Shown in pieces: positions 48,267 to 58,115 of a stretch of 61,421 nucleotides of DNA. Location of the stretch: positions 1-61,421 of the forward strand of contig JAEZTF010000002.1 in assembly GCA_023443725.1 (NCBI GenBank). The letters run 5' to 3'. Every line of letters begins with the position of its first letter. Positions within the stretch are counted from its first letter, which is position 1. The position numbers and the translations under genes are program-made. The DNA comes from Candidatus Parcubacteria bacterium. GTDB taxonomy: Bacteria; Patescibacteriota; Microgenomatia; UBA12405. Below the pieces are notes generated by a model. That model was not told the DNA's origin. It was given only the letters and a program-made list of their open reading frames with translations, and did no database searches.

Positions 48267-49855
48267 TTTATTGTTTTGTATATCAAAAATTGAGGTTCAC
48301 CGTCTGGTTTGTAAATTGTCGTTAGCAACTCTAATTTATCAAAATTATCACCAGCCTTAGGATTAGAAATTGAAACTACATATAAACTATTTTTTTCAAC
48401 TAATTCTTTATTCCAGTCAATATCTCGTGTCCAATATTTTTTTATCTTATTAAGATTGTAATCCTTTTCTTGCATATCCTTTGCTTCAAAAGCCCCAAAA
48501 TAACCAAAATATAATTCAGGTAAACCAGAATATTGACCAGTATTGCCAAACCTAGACTCCATAATTATTTTTTCATATTTACTTTCTATTGGTTTGATAT
48601 ATTCCCAAGCTTGTTTATAACCATATTGATAATTATCGCCAGATATTTTTGGAAAATGATTATAATAGGCAATTCCAAAATAACCAAAGTTGATTAATAT
48701 TCCAATAGTTAAAACAGTAAATATCTTTTTATTTTTATCAAAAATCACCAAAAGACCACCAGCCATTATCAATATAGTTGGGATAATAAAAGCCAAATTT
48801 CTAACCGATGCCGGTTCTCCCCAAGTCAAAGAGGGAACTATTGGACATAGCAACCACCAAGTCAAAAACCAATTCAAATATTTTCCAAAAATTAGTCTCA
48901 TATTAAAAAGACCAACAAACAGTAGAGGAGCAGTAAAAACCAAAAACCAGCCAAAGTTAAATGGTTCATTTTTAGGAAATAAATCCATTCCTTTTCCAAA
49001 AGAAAAGTCCAAACTAAGATAATCAAAATATCTATAGACCGGATCGGCTGAAACTTTTACTATTTTTTTAAATAGATTATCATTACTACTTTTTAAATAA
49101 TCCTGGATAGACGCTTGTTGAAACCATATTTGAGAGGAGGCTCTATTAAAAGGATCTTTCCTGGAAACATTTATAAAATCAAGAAAAATTGGCAGGATTA
49201 CCAAACATGTTGTTATCCATAACAAAAACCATTTTCTTAGCTTAATTTCTTTACGTAAAAGCCATGGCATTAATACCAATACTAAAGGCACTAACCCTTT
49301 TTGTGTATGATAAGCCCAAATAGAAAAACCCAAGAACAAACCAGAAATTATTAAATACCACTGTTTTTGATTTTTTCTAAATAAAAATAAAACATAAATT
49401 CCTAAAGATACTAATATCATTGCCAGATTAGCTTCATAAGCCATTCTAGAAGCAAAAACAGCTTTTGGATTTAAAGCCAGTAAAGTTGCCGACATCAATC
49501 CTAGTTTTTCATTTTTAAAAAACTTACCCATCAAACCAATCATTAAAATTCCTAAAGTTCCTACAAAAGCAGACAAGAATCTAACTCCATATTCATTGTT
49601 TCCAAAAATCCAATTGAAAGGCATATTTAAATAGGCATAAAGAGGCGCTTTATAATCACGATGTGATTTAAACGACAAGGGCCATTTAATTCCATAGCCA
49701 TCTTTACCTGTAGTTCTCAAAGAATAACTATCAAAAGCAATTGAAATTTCATCATTTCCAATATGAGGAGGGTTTTTATCGAGTCCTATCATTCTCAATA
49801 ATCCTCCTATCAAAACTATTACCCCCAACCAAATCCAAAAATATTTTTTAATCAT
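48263..49855 (-). CDS. GT39/ArnT-like membrane glycosyltransferase, subfamily A paralog 1
   Basis: IGNDEISIAFDSYSLRTTGKDGYG..PLSFKSHRDYKAPLYAYL, with DE at 49753-49748. C-terminal YGYKQAWEYI domain. Confidence 0.7.
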   Translation of the reverse strand: MIKKYFWIWLGVIVLIGGLLRMIGLDKNPPHIGNDEISIAFDSYSLRTTGKDGYGIKWPLSFKSHRDYKAPLYAYLNMPFNWIFGNNEYGVRFLSAFVGTLGILMIGLMGKFFKNEKLGLMSATLLALNPKAVFASRMAYEANLAMILVSLGIYVLFLFRKNQKQWYLIISGLFLGFSIWAYHTQKGLVPLVLVLMPWLLRKEIKLRKWFLLWITTCLVILPIFLDFINVSRKDPFNRASSQIWFQQASIQDYLKSSNDNLFKKIVKVSADPVYRYFDYLSLDFSFGKGMDLFPKNEPFNFGWFLVFTAPLLFVGLFNMRLIFGKYLNWFLTWWLLCPIVPSLTWGEPASVRNLAFIIPTILIMAGGLLVIFDKNKKIFTVLTIGILINFGYFGIAYYNHFPKISGDNYQYGYKQAWEYIKPIESKYEKIIMESRFGNTGQYSGLPELYFGYFGAFEAKDMQEKDYNLNKIKKYWTRDIDWNKELVEKNSLYVVSISNPKAGDNFDKLELLTTIYKPDGEPQFLIYKTIN

Positions 49856-50541
49856 TTCAAAAAGATATCAATTAATAACAAAACAAACCAAATCCAAGTT
49901 CTACTTTTAAAATACTCACTCTTTATTCCAAACAAAATTAAGTAAATAACCGAAGGAATGGCTATATAAGCAGCCATAGAACTATCCCCAATTACTCTCA
50001 ATGCTGCAGTAAAAATCACCAATAAAAACCAACCTATTACCCAATAGTTTTGTTTTTTCTTAATAGAGTCGATCAATCCCAAAGAAAATAAATAAAAACC
50101 GGAAAATCCTAGCAATCTTATCCAAAAAGACGGCGAAATTTCTTTCAAAAAATTATTAAACCATGGCAGTAATAATAAATATTGGCCATAAAATATTTTT
50201 CTTATCGAATATGGAATAATTAATCCTTCGTTATAGTAACGATTTATAGATGCAGAAATACCAGGATAACCCAAAAAAGATTGTTCCCAATCAAAACTAA
50301 CAAGTGAATTACTGGTTTTAAAAGCCAATAGTCTGTTTAAATATAAAACCAAAATCACCAAAAACGGAAACACTAACCACTTATATTTTTTTAATCTCCA
50401 AAAAACTAACCAAAAAAATAACATCGCCAATGTCACCCAAATAGGAATTTCCACTATCCTACGACATAAAACAGAAAAACACAATGTCGTCAACAAAAAT
50501 ATCAAGTTTTTTACATTAATCATCTTTTTCATTATAATCAA
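49852..50541 (-). CDS. mini membrane protein matching the central TM module of subfamily A
   Basis: IFYGQYLLLLPWFNNFLKEISPSFWI...FYLFSLGLIDSIKKKQNY matches the internal segment of the large paralogs. It has no DE loop and no C-terminal domain. ATGA junction with the downstream paralog. The start is uncertain (TTG 50541, ATG 50532 or 50523). Confidence 0.55.
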   Translation of the reverse strand: MIIMKKMINVKNLIFLLTTLCFSVLCRRIVEIPIWVTLAMLFFWLVFWRLKKYKWLVFPFLVILVLYLNRLLAFKTSNSLVSFDWEQSFLGYPGISASINRYYNEGLIIPYSIRKIFYGQYLLLLPWFNNFLKEISPSFWIRLLGFSGFYLFSLGLIDSIKKKQNYWVIGWFLLVIFTAALRVIGDSSMAAYIAIPSVIYLILFGIKSEYFKSRTWIWFVLLLIDIFLK

Positions 50542-50567
50542 TCTAGTTTAAATCTATCTGATTTTTT

Positions 50568-51371
50568 ATGAAAAACAAGCTTTCGATTATTATAGTTACT
50601 TGGAATACTGCCAGTATTACTTTAAAGTGTGTGGAAACTATTAATCGTTATATTCCCAATCAAGAAATCATTGTCGTCGACAACGGATCTCAAGATAATA
50701 CTGTTGAAATATTAAAAAAAATCAAAAATGTAAAATTGGTTGAAAATGGTGCTAATCTTGGTTTTGCCAAAGCTAATAATATTGGTTTAAAGTCAGCTAC
50801 TTCTGATTATGTTATTTTTATGAATTCCGATATTGAATTACTTGATAATAGTATTTTAAATATGGTTGATTTTTTAAAAAACAATACAAAAATCGGTATT
50901 ATTGGCCCAAAATTTTTGAATCCAGATTTGTCCCCACAAGCTTCTGTTTTTCCTCCACAAACAATTTTAAATGCTTTCAAAGAATTTTGGCTTGGCCAAA
51001 AAGAAGCTTATTCAAAATATATTCCTCAATCAAAGAGTCCTACTGAAGTTTCTTATATTTCCGGTGGTTGTTTAGCTGTTAACAAAAAATATTTTCAAAA
51101 AATTGGCAAATGGAATGAAACTTATTTTTTCTATTTTGAAGATATGGATCTTTGTCGTCATGTTAGAAAATCTGGTCAAAAAATATATTATTATCCAGAG
51201 TGTCAAATAATTCATCGTCATGGAGCTAGTGGTAAAAATATTGCTCCAGCCAAAGATCAATGGAAAAGACTTATTCCTGGCAGTAAAAAATTTCATGGAA
51301 TCTTAAAACATTATTTAATTAACCTTACTATATGGTCTGGTCAAAAATTGCAAAAACTTTTTCAAAAATAA
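50568..51371 (+). CDS. GT2 glycosyltransferase
   Basis: SIIIVTWN, VDNGSQDNT, LGFAKANN, MNSDIEL and YFEDMDLCRH. Confidence 0.8.
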   Translation: MKNKLSIIIVTWNTASITLKCVETINRYIPNQEIIVVDNGSQDNTVEILKKIKNVKLVENGANLGFAKANNIGLKSATSDYVIFMNSDIELLDNSILNMVDFLKNNTKIGIIGPKFLNPDLSPQASVFPPQTILNAFKEFWLGQKEAYSKYIPQSKSPTEVSYISGGCLAVNKKYFQKIGKWNETYFFYFEDMDLCRHVRKSGQKIYYYPECQIIHRHGASGKNIAPAKDQWKRLIPGSKKFHGILKHYLINLTIWSGQKLQKLFQK

Positions 51372-52630
51372 AAACAATTTTATTAATTGCCCTTTTATTA
51401 AGAATCTTTTTAGTTATCGTTTTTTCTTGGCACCCAGATTTACTCAATCACATAGACTGGGGAAATCGATTTTTAAATTTAGGAGCTAGAAAAATTTATG
51501 AAAATATATTTTGGGGAGTATCTTGGTTAAATCAACCGTTAGGTACAGCTTTACTTTTTGCTTCATGTGCTTTTCTCAAAAATATTATTTTTTCTTTTTT
51601 TGAATTTTTAAATCAAAATATAAGTATTTTTCCATCATCAATTATTCCTATCCTTGAAACAAATCTTCATGTTTGGTTAGTTAAACTACCATTTATTTTA
51701 GCCGATATTGGACTAGGTTTTTTAATTTACAAAATAGTTTATAAATTTAAACCTAAATTAGCTACTTTAGCTGCTGCTATTTTTTTATTTAATCCAGTTT
51801 TAATTTACAATTCTGCCATTTGGGGACAAACCGATTCATTAATCAATTTGTTAGCCATTAGTGGATTTTATTTTATTTTTCAAAAAAAATATTTTGCTGG
51901 TATTTGGCTATTTTTATTCGGATTTCTTTTTAAAATGTCTTTAATTATTTATTTACCTATATTTGGGTTACTTCTAATTAAGCAAATCAAAGATTGGAAA
52001 AAAATGATTTTACCAATCTTATTATTCATAGTATTTTTGTTTTTAATTGCTCTACCTTTCAAACTAGATGGTTTTACATCTTTTCGTTGGCTATGGTACA
52101 TGTATACCAATCGGGTTTTAGTTCGACAGGGGAGTATGCTCAACGGTAATGCTTTTAATCTTTGGACACTAATCTTTAGTATCGATTTATCGAAGTCAGA
52201 ATTTACCAAAGTTTTCGGTCTGTCTTATCAATTAATTGGCCGAATTTTGTTTATCTTATCTCTAATTCCTATTTGTTTAAAATTTATTAAAACCAAATTA
52301 ACTATCTCTAGTCTTTTTAGCGCTTTAGTTTTATCCGCCTTTAGTTGCTTTATTTTTATGACTAATATGCATGAAAGATATCTTTATCCTATATTTCCAC
52401 TAATTAGCGTTTTGCTGTTTGTACCAAAAACAAAATTTAATCTAAAAAATCTTATTATTCTCTCTGTTATCCATTTTCTAAATCTCTACAACCTTTGGTT
52501 TTATCCCCAAATTAATCTACTAAAAAACTTTCTTATTTCCAATAACTTCCTCACTTGTCGGGTTTTATCAGCTATACTAATAATTGTTTACATAAAATAC
52601 TTTATTGATTATTTAAGAAGTGAAAATTGA
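51332..52630 (+). CDS. GT-C-like membrane protein (Gpi18/DUF2029-like class)
   Basis: HPDLLNHIDWGNRF and IWGQTDSLINLL, with about 10 TM segments. Overlaps the upstream GT2 by 40 nt. Confidence 0.5.
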   Translation: MVWSKIAKTFSKIKTILLIALLLRIFLVIVFSWHPDLLNHIDWGNRFLNLGARKIYENIFWGVSWLNQPLGTALLFASCAFLKNIIFSFFEFLNQNISIFPSSIIPILETNLHVWLVKLPFILADIGLGFLIYKIVYKFKPKLATLAAAIFLFNPVLIYNSAIWGQTDSLINLLAISGFYFIFQKKYFAGIWLFLFGFLFKMSLIIYLPIFGLLLIKQIKDWKKMILPILLFIVFLFLIALPFKLDGFTSFRWLWYMYTNRVLVRQGSMLNGNAFNLWTLIFSIDLSKSEFTKVFGLSYQLIGRILFILSLIPICLKFIKTKLTISSLFSALVLSAFSCFIFMTNMHERYLYPIFPLISVLLFVPKTKFNLKNLIILSVIHFLNLYNLWFYPQINLLKNFLISNNFLTCRVLSAILIIVYIKYFIDYLRSEN

Positions 52631-54281
52631 TCGTAAATCGATATTACTCATTGGTCTTTTAGTGGTTTCTTTTCTAGTAAGAATTTATCGGATTAATACT
52701 CTCAGTCTTTTTGGTGATGAAATTGATGTTGGATATCAAGCATATTCTCTCTTAAATACCACCAAAGATTACAAAGGTAATTTTCTTCCCACTTATATTC
52801 AATCTCTTTCCGAATCACGAGCTCCTCTTTTAATTTACACCTCTATTCCTGGTATTAAACTATTTGGTTTAACCGAAACAGGTGTTCGCATTACTCCAAT
52901 AATCTTTGGTGTTTTAAGTATTTACCTTCTTTATAAACTAGTATTTTTACTCTCAAATTCATTTTCATTAGCTTTTTTAAGTTCATTAGTTATGTCTTTT
53001 TCTCCGTGGCATTTTCATTACAGTCGAACTTCTTTTGAAGTTACTTTATTACTTTCACTTATTCTTTTGGGTGTTTATTTATTTCAAAAATTCATTCAAC
53101 AAAACAAATCATATTATCTTTATCTATCAATAACCGCTTTTGGTTTAACTTTTTATACCTACAACACTGCCAATATTTTTGTACCTTTATTAGTTGTTGG
53201 TTTAATAATAAGTAATTGGAAAAAGTTTTTTTCAATTCTTAGTTTTAAGAAAATAATCATTAGTCTTGGATTAACTCTTCTTTTTATTATTCCTATTCTA
53301 ACTCAAATTTTTTCCGGTCAAGCAGCTAATAGATTTGGCTTAGTCAATATTTTTAATGACCCAAAAACTATTAATCAAATTATTGATCGTCGAACTTCAT
53401 TTTCAGCTACCAGTCCACAACAAGAAAGATTTTTTTACAATAAGATTACCGGATGGACTACTGCTTTTTTTCAAAATTATTTAGAAGCCATATCGCCATT
53501 AGTTTTATTTAATAAAGGCGATACTATCAATATTCGCCACAATATCCCTCAGTTTGGTTTATTATTTTTATCTTTTGCCCCACTTCTATTTATTGGTTTA
53601 ATTAAATCACCCAAAAACAAACTCCGACAATTAATGTTCTATTGGTTGATAATTTCTCCGATTGCTTCTTCGTTAACTACTCAAGGAGGTCATCATCCAA
53701 CTAGACTTTTTGTTATGCTTCCTCCTTTAGTTTATTTTATCGCTCAGGGAATTTTAGCTTTAGCATCTTCAAAAACATTTTCAAAACTAATTTTAGTAAT
53801 ACTTAGTTTTACTTTTATATTTGAACTTTCTTTTTATTGTCATGAATATTTTTATCGCTATCCAAAAGATTCTTTTGAACATTGGAATTATGGTTATAAA
53901 GAAATTTTAACCAATATTCCAAAACAATATTCTCGTCTTTATATCAGCAACACTAAATATAATTCATTATTACCTTTTGTTTTTTATCAAAAACTTTTAC
54001 AAAATCCTTTGAATGATTCATCCCAAAAAAGTATAGTTTTTAACTATAATGGTTTTTCTTTAAAAGAAAATATTTATTTTATTGATAATTGGGGTGATCG
54101 TGACGTATTAAATCAAGTAAGCAATAATTCACAAACAAGTGACACTTTTATTCTTTTTCAAGGTAAAGATATTCCCGGTGATATGGACTTTTCACAAAAA
54201 CCATTAGAAGGATTTAAAACAATTAAAACAGTATATTATCCCAATAAAACTATATTTGCTCAAATTATCCAAAAAATATGA
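52620..54281 (+). CDS. GT39/ArnT-like membrane glycosyltransferase, subfamily A paralog 2
   Basis: LFGDEIDVGYQAYSLLNTTKDYKG, with DE at 52716-52721. C-terminal WNYGYKEIL domain. GTG start overlapping the upstream gene. Confidence 0.7.
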   Translation: MKIDRKSILLIGLLVVSFLVRIYRINTLSLFGDEIDVGYQAYSLLNTTKDYKGNFLPTYIQSLSESRAPLLIYTSIPGIKLFGLTETGVRITPIIFGVLSIYLLYKLVFLLSNSFSLAFLSSLVMSFSPWHFHYSRTSFEVTLLLSLILLGVYLFQKFIQQNKSYYLYLSITAFGLTFYTYNTANIFVPLLVVGLIISNWKKFFSILSFKKIIISLGLTLLFIIPILTQIFSGQAANRFGLVNIFNDPKTINQIIDRRTSFSATSPQQERFFYNKITGWTTAFFQNYLEAISPLVLFNKGDTINIRHNIPQFGLLFLSFAPLLFIGLIKSPKNKLRQLMFYWLIISPIASSLTTQGGHHPTRLFVMLPPLVYFIAQGILALASSKTFSKLILVILSFTFIFELSFYCHEYFYRYPKDSFEHWNYGYKEILTNIPKQYSRLYISNTKYNSLLPFVFYQKLLQNPLNDSSQKSIVFNYNGFSLKENIYFIDNWGDRDVLNQVSNNSQTSDTFILFQGKDIPGDMDFSQKPLEGFKTIKTVYYPNKTIFAQIIQKI

Positions 54282-55930
54282 AAAATAAAATAATTCTGGT
54301 CTCCATATTAGTAGTTGGTGCTTTTTTAAGACTATTTCATCTTTCAAATTTACCCAATTCTTATACTCCAGACGAATTGGCTCAAGGTTATACCGCTTAT
54401 TCCATTATTCAAACTGGTAAAGATGAGTGGGGCAACTCTAATTGGCTAAATCTTCGTTCTTTTGGAGACTATAAACCACCAATACAAACTCTTCTTATGA
54501 TTCCTAGTGTAAAATTATTTGGTTTAAATACTTTTGCTGTTCGTTTTCCCAATGCCTTTTTATCTATTTTTACTATCTTACTAACATATTTAATTGCTTC
54601 TAGCTTATTCAAAAATTCAACTATAAGTATTTTATCGGCCTTATTTGTGGCCATTTCCCCATGGAGTTTACCTATGTCTCGAATTGCTTTAGAAGCCAAT
54701 TTAGTAGTTTTTATAATTTCTTTAGGCACATACCTTCTACTGTTGGCCCAAAAGAAAAATAATCTATATTTAACTATTCTTTCTGGAATGCTTTTTGGTC
54801 TTAGCTTATTTACCTATCATTCAGCCAAAATTTTTACTCCATTATTTTTAATTTTCTTTATTTTTTATCAAAAAATTTATCAACAAAAAAAAGTTTTAAT
54901 AACTGTTTTGATTTCCTTTTTATTTTTTCTGTTTTTTAATTTTTATAACAACCAACTAGTTGAAACTAGTCGTACTGGAGATATTGCTATTTTTAATCCT
55001 ACTGATAAATGGTCTTATGTATCTGACAGTCAATTTGAAATGACTCAATCAGGTCTACCATATCTTGTTGTTAAAATGTTTTATAACAAAATTATTTACC
55101 TTTACGAAACATTTGCTCACAACTATTTTTCTTATCTTTCACCCCAATTTTTAATTACTCAAGGAGCCGGTGAGACCACTTATGGCATGCTTCCTGGTTA
55201 TGGAGTTTTAGGTTTAATTCCTGGCATTGGTTTTTTCTTATCTCTAATATTTTTAATTCAATCAAAAGGGGATAAGAGTAAAAGAAATATATATTTCCTC
55301 TTAACTACCATTTTGATACCACCATTAATTGCCGCTATTGCCAAAGGGCAATATTCTGCCAACCGAGTTTCGTTAATGATGCCCTTTATTCAAATTTTTT
55401 CTGCATTTGGGTTAGTTAGTTTTATTTCAAAAATAAATTCTAAATTTCAATTTATTAGCAAATTGGCGATAACTTCAGTTTATATCTTTACTAGTTTGAT
55501 TTTTTTACAAAGATATTATTTTCAAGGAAATCAAATATTAGCTCCAGGTATGCTTTTTGGTCATCAACAAGCCAATGAATTTATAAAAAATCAACAAGTC
55601 GATCAAATTATTTATTCTCGTAAATTATCGGAACCCCAAGCATATGTAAACTTTTTTAACCAAGTTAATCCCTTAGTAGTTCAGTCAGAATCTGTTAATT
55701 GGTTAAAATATCAAAAAGACGGTCTGTCATTCTTAGATCAATTAGGCGAATATAATTTAAATAAATTTATTTTTCGAGAGATTAATATAGTTTCCGATTC
55801 TCAACTACCAAATGCTTTAATAATTGGTCGACCAGAAGAATTTAGAGATACCAAACCAGATTTTATTATCTACTATCCATCCAAATCAAAAGTAGAAGCT
55901 TCTATTTATATCTATAAAACTAAAAAATGA
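54278..55930 (+). CDS. GT39/ArnT-like membrane glycosyltransferase, subfamily A paralog 3
   Basis: TPDELAQGYTAYSIIQTGKDEWG..SFGDYKPP, with DE at 54371-54376. ATGA junction. Confidence 0.7.
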   Translation: MKNKIILVSILVVGAFLRLFHLSNLPNSYTPDELAQGYTAYSIIQTGKDEWGNSNWLNLRSFGDYKPPIQTLLMIPSVKLFGLNTFAVRFPNAFLSIFTILLTYLIASSLFKNSTISILSALFVAISPWSLPMSRIALEANLVVFIISLGTYLLLLAQKKNNLYLTILSGMLFGLSLFTYHSAKIFTPLFLIFFIFYQKIYQQKKVLITVLISFLFFLFFNFYNNQLVETSRTGDIAIFNPTDKWSYVSDSQFEMTQSGLPYLVVKMFYNKIIYLYETFAHNYFSYLSPQFLITQGAGETTYGMLPGYGVLGLIPGIGFFLSLIFLIQSKGDKSKRNIYFLLTTILIPPLIAAIAKGQYSANRVSLMMPFIQIFSAFGLVSFISKINSKFQFISKLAITSVYIFTSLIFLQRYYFQGNQILAPGMLFGHQQANEFIKNQQVDQIIYSRKLSEPQAYVNFFNQVNPLVVQSESVNWLKYQKDGLSFLDQLGEYNLNKFIFREINIVSDSQLPNALIIGRPEEFRDTKPDFIIYYPSKSKVEASIYIYKTKK

Positions 55931-57504
55931 AATCAAAATTATTAATTGTTTTAGTTTTATTACTTGGTCTTTTTATTCGTTTCTATCAGATCAATCAACT
56001 TCCACCAAGTTTAAATTGGGATGAAATTTCTCATGGCTACAACGCTTATTCAATTCTTAAGACCGGTAAGGACGAATGGGGGATAAGTTTTCCTACAATT
56101 TTCCGCTGTTTTGGTGATTTTAAATTACCTTTATATATCTATCTCACAGTTCCTTCAGTTTTATTTTTTGGTCTCAATCAATTTTCAATTAGATTGGTTT
56201 CTATTTTGGCAGGATCCATTGTTCCGTTAATTATCTATTTAATTCTTAAAAAAATAATTAATAAGAAAAGTATTATTCCATATTTTGGTTTAATTATTAC
56301 TGCTTTTTCTTCAACAACTATTTTTCTTTCGCGAATTGCCTTAGAAGCTAATCTTTTTATGCTTTTGTTTTGTTTAAGTTTATATTTTTTAATTAATCAT
56401 AAATTTGGTTGGAGTAGCTTTATATTTGGTTTAAGTCTTTTTACTTACAATAGTAGTCGAGTTCTATTACCTTTTTATTTTATTTCATTGATTTACTTAT
56501 TAATTACAACTAAGTTTAATTTCAAAAAAAACTTTTATAAATTCTTACCTTTTATTTTTTTAGTTGGGTTAGCTTCATTCCAAATATTAAATCAGTCAGG
56601 ACAAGCTCGTTATCAATGGGTTTCATTGTTAGATTCAGGCTCTATTAATCATATCAACGAACTTCGACAAATTTATCCCCGATTTTTAGTCAATAAAGTT
56701 ACTTATTTTACTTTGGCAGCTACCAAAAATTATCTAAGTCATTTCAATCCTCAATTTTTATTTTTTAACGGTGGTAATCATTATCAATTCAGTTTGCCAG
56801 GATTCTATCTTATTTCTCCATTATTTATTCCTTTTTTATTATTAGGATTAATTTATATTTTTAAAAATTTTAAACAATCAAATCTTCAATTAATTCTTTT
56901 TTATTGGCTAATTTCTCCTCTTCCATCAAGTATTACTAGAGATGCTCCACACATTCTCAGAAGTATAATCTTTATTCCTACTACAATAATTATCATCAGT
57001 CTTGGTTTTATTTATCTACAAAAAAAACATTCAAAAATATCTGTTTTTTATTTAATAGCCACTATTCTAATTGGACTAGCAACTTTTTGGCCTAAATATA
57101 TTGATTACTCAAAAAACTATTCATCTTCCTGGCAATATGGCTACCAGCAAACGGTTAATTTTATTAAAGATAATTATCACGATTATGATCAAATAATTTT
57201 TACCAAAAAGTATGGAGAAGCTCATGAGTTTATTCTTTTTTATTGGCCTTGGAACCCATCATCGTATCAAAAAGATCCCAAGTTAAATTGGGATTATCAC
57301 GCCACTTGGTATTGGGTCAATGCTTTTGATAAATTCAAGTTTATCAATGATTGGGAGATTCAAGAGAAAACTAAATCGGTAAATTCAAAAACACTTCTAA
57401 TCACTTCACCAAACAATTACAATAAAGACAATAGTCGGCTAATTAAAACTATTAATTTTTTAAATGGTCAAGTTGCTTTTGAAATATTAGAAATAAATCC
57501 ATGA
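55927..57504 (+). CDS. GT39/ArnT-like membrane glycosyltransferase, subfamily A paralog 4
   Basis: NWDEISHGYNAYSILKTGKDEWG..CFGDFKLP, with DE at 56020-56025. WQYGYQQTVNFI. ATGA junction. Confidence 0.7.
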   Translation: MKSKLLIVLVLLLGLFIRFYQINQLPPSLNWDEISHGYNAYSILKTGKDEWGISFPTIFRCFGDFKLPLYIYLTVPSVLFFGLNQFSIRLVSILAGSIVPLIIYLILKKIINKKSIIPYFGLIITAFSSTTIFLSRIALEANLFMLLFCLSLYFLINHKFGWSSFIFGLSLFTYNSSRVLLPFYFISLIYLLITTKFNFKKNFYKFLPFIFLVGLASFQILNQSGQARYQWVSLLDSGSINHINELRQIYPRFLVNKVTYFTLAATKNYLSHFNPQFLFFNGGNHYQFSLPGFYLISPLFIPFLLLGLIYIFKNFKQSNLQLILFYWLISPLPSSITRDAPHILRSIIFIPTTIIIISLGFIYLQKKHSKISVFYLIATILIGLATFWPKYIDYSKNYSSSWQYGYQQTVNFIKDNYHDYDQIIFTKKYGEAHEFILFYWPWNPSSYQKDPKLNWDYHATWYWVNAFDKFKFINDWEIQEKTKSVNSKTLLITSPNNYNKDNSRLIKTINFLNGQVAFEILEINP

Positions 57505-58115
57505 ATACTAAACTTAAAATATTTATGTTTCTTTTGATTATTTCACCATTATTTTGGTGGCAATTCGTAAATCACAACAATCCCTTTATTGAATATTCCA
57601 AAACCAGTTTTTATATCAAAAACAAAACTACTTCTATTTTAAGAAATACTAAATATATCGACGAATCTAGATGGAATGATATAACTCAAGGCAGAAAATT
57701 AGTTGGTCTCTTTTTCTACAACAAAAGTCGTTTTGTGTTTGATGAAGCTTTTTATTTTCTCAATATTCTAAATCCTAGATTTTATTTTCAATCTGGATCT
57801 GGTCAAACAGATTCTCCTCCTCAAACAGAACCAATACCTTTTTTACTTCTTCCGATTTCATTTTTTGGTATTTTCAGACTAATCAAAAACAAAAAACATA
57901 AAATATTACTTTTATTTCCAATTTCTTGTTTCTTAAGTTATATAACAGGTCAATCAAGTCTTTATTTTTCTTTTCCAGTGGCATCTTTATATATATATTC
58001 CAGTTCATATGAACTTTCCTATTGGAAGAAAAAACCATTATTATGGTTTTTAATCACTCTTGTAGTATATAGTTTATTTTTGTTTTTCAAAGTTATTTAC
58101 ATTTCAAATTTATGA
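57501..58115 (+). CDS. mini membrane protein matching the central TM module of subfamily A
   Basis: LFFYNKSRFVFDEAFYFLNILNPRFYFQSG...PFLLLPISFFGIFRLIKNKKHK aligns with FYSQPIFFIRNFLSRYFNHFSPRFLAFEG...ILYPSLIFLVIGLFFGLSRKK of paralog 6. ATGA junctions on both sides. Confidence 0.55.
   Translation: MNTKLKIFMFLLIISPLFWWQFVNHNNPFIEYSKTSFYIKNKTTSILRNTKYIDESRWNDITQGRKLVGLFFYNKSRFVFDEAFYFLNILNPRFYFQSGSGQTDSPPQTEPIPFLLLPISFFGIFRLIKNKKHKILLLFPISCFLSYITGQSSLYFSFPVASLYIYSSSYELSYWKKKPLLWFLITLVVYSLFLFFKVIYISNL

Noticed and set aside
50542-50567. Second palindromic or leaderless divergent promoter, analogous to 8066-8087, between the inverted cassette and GT2 50568
   Set aside because: The start of the minus-strand gene is ambiguous (TTG 50541, ATG 50532 or 50523). 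The only good TATAAT (50533-38) lies 29 nt from the plus-strand ATG. No clean symmetric arrangement could be supported.
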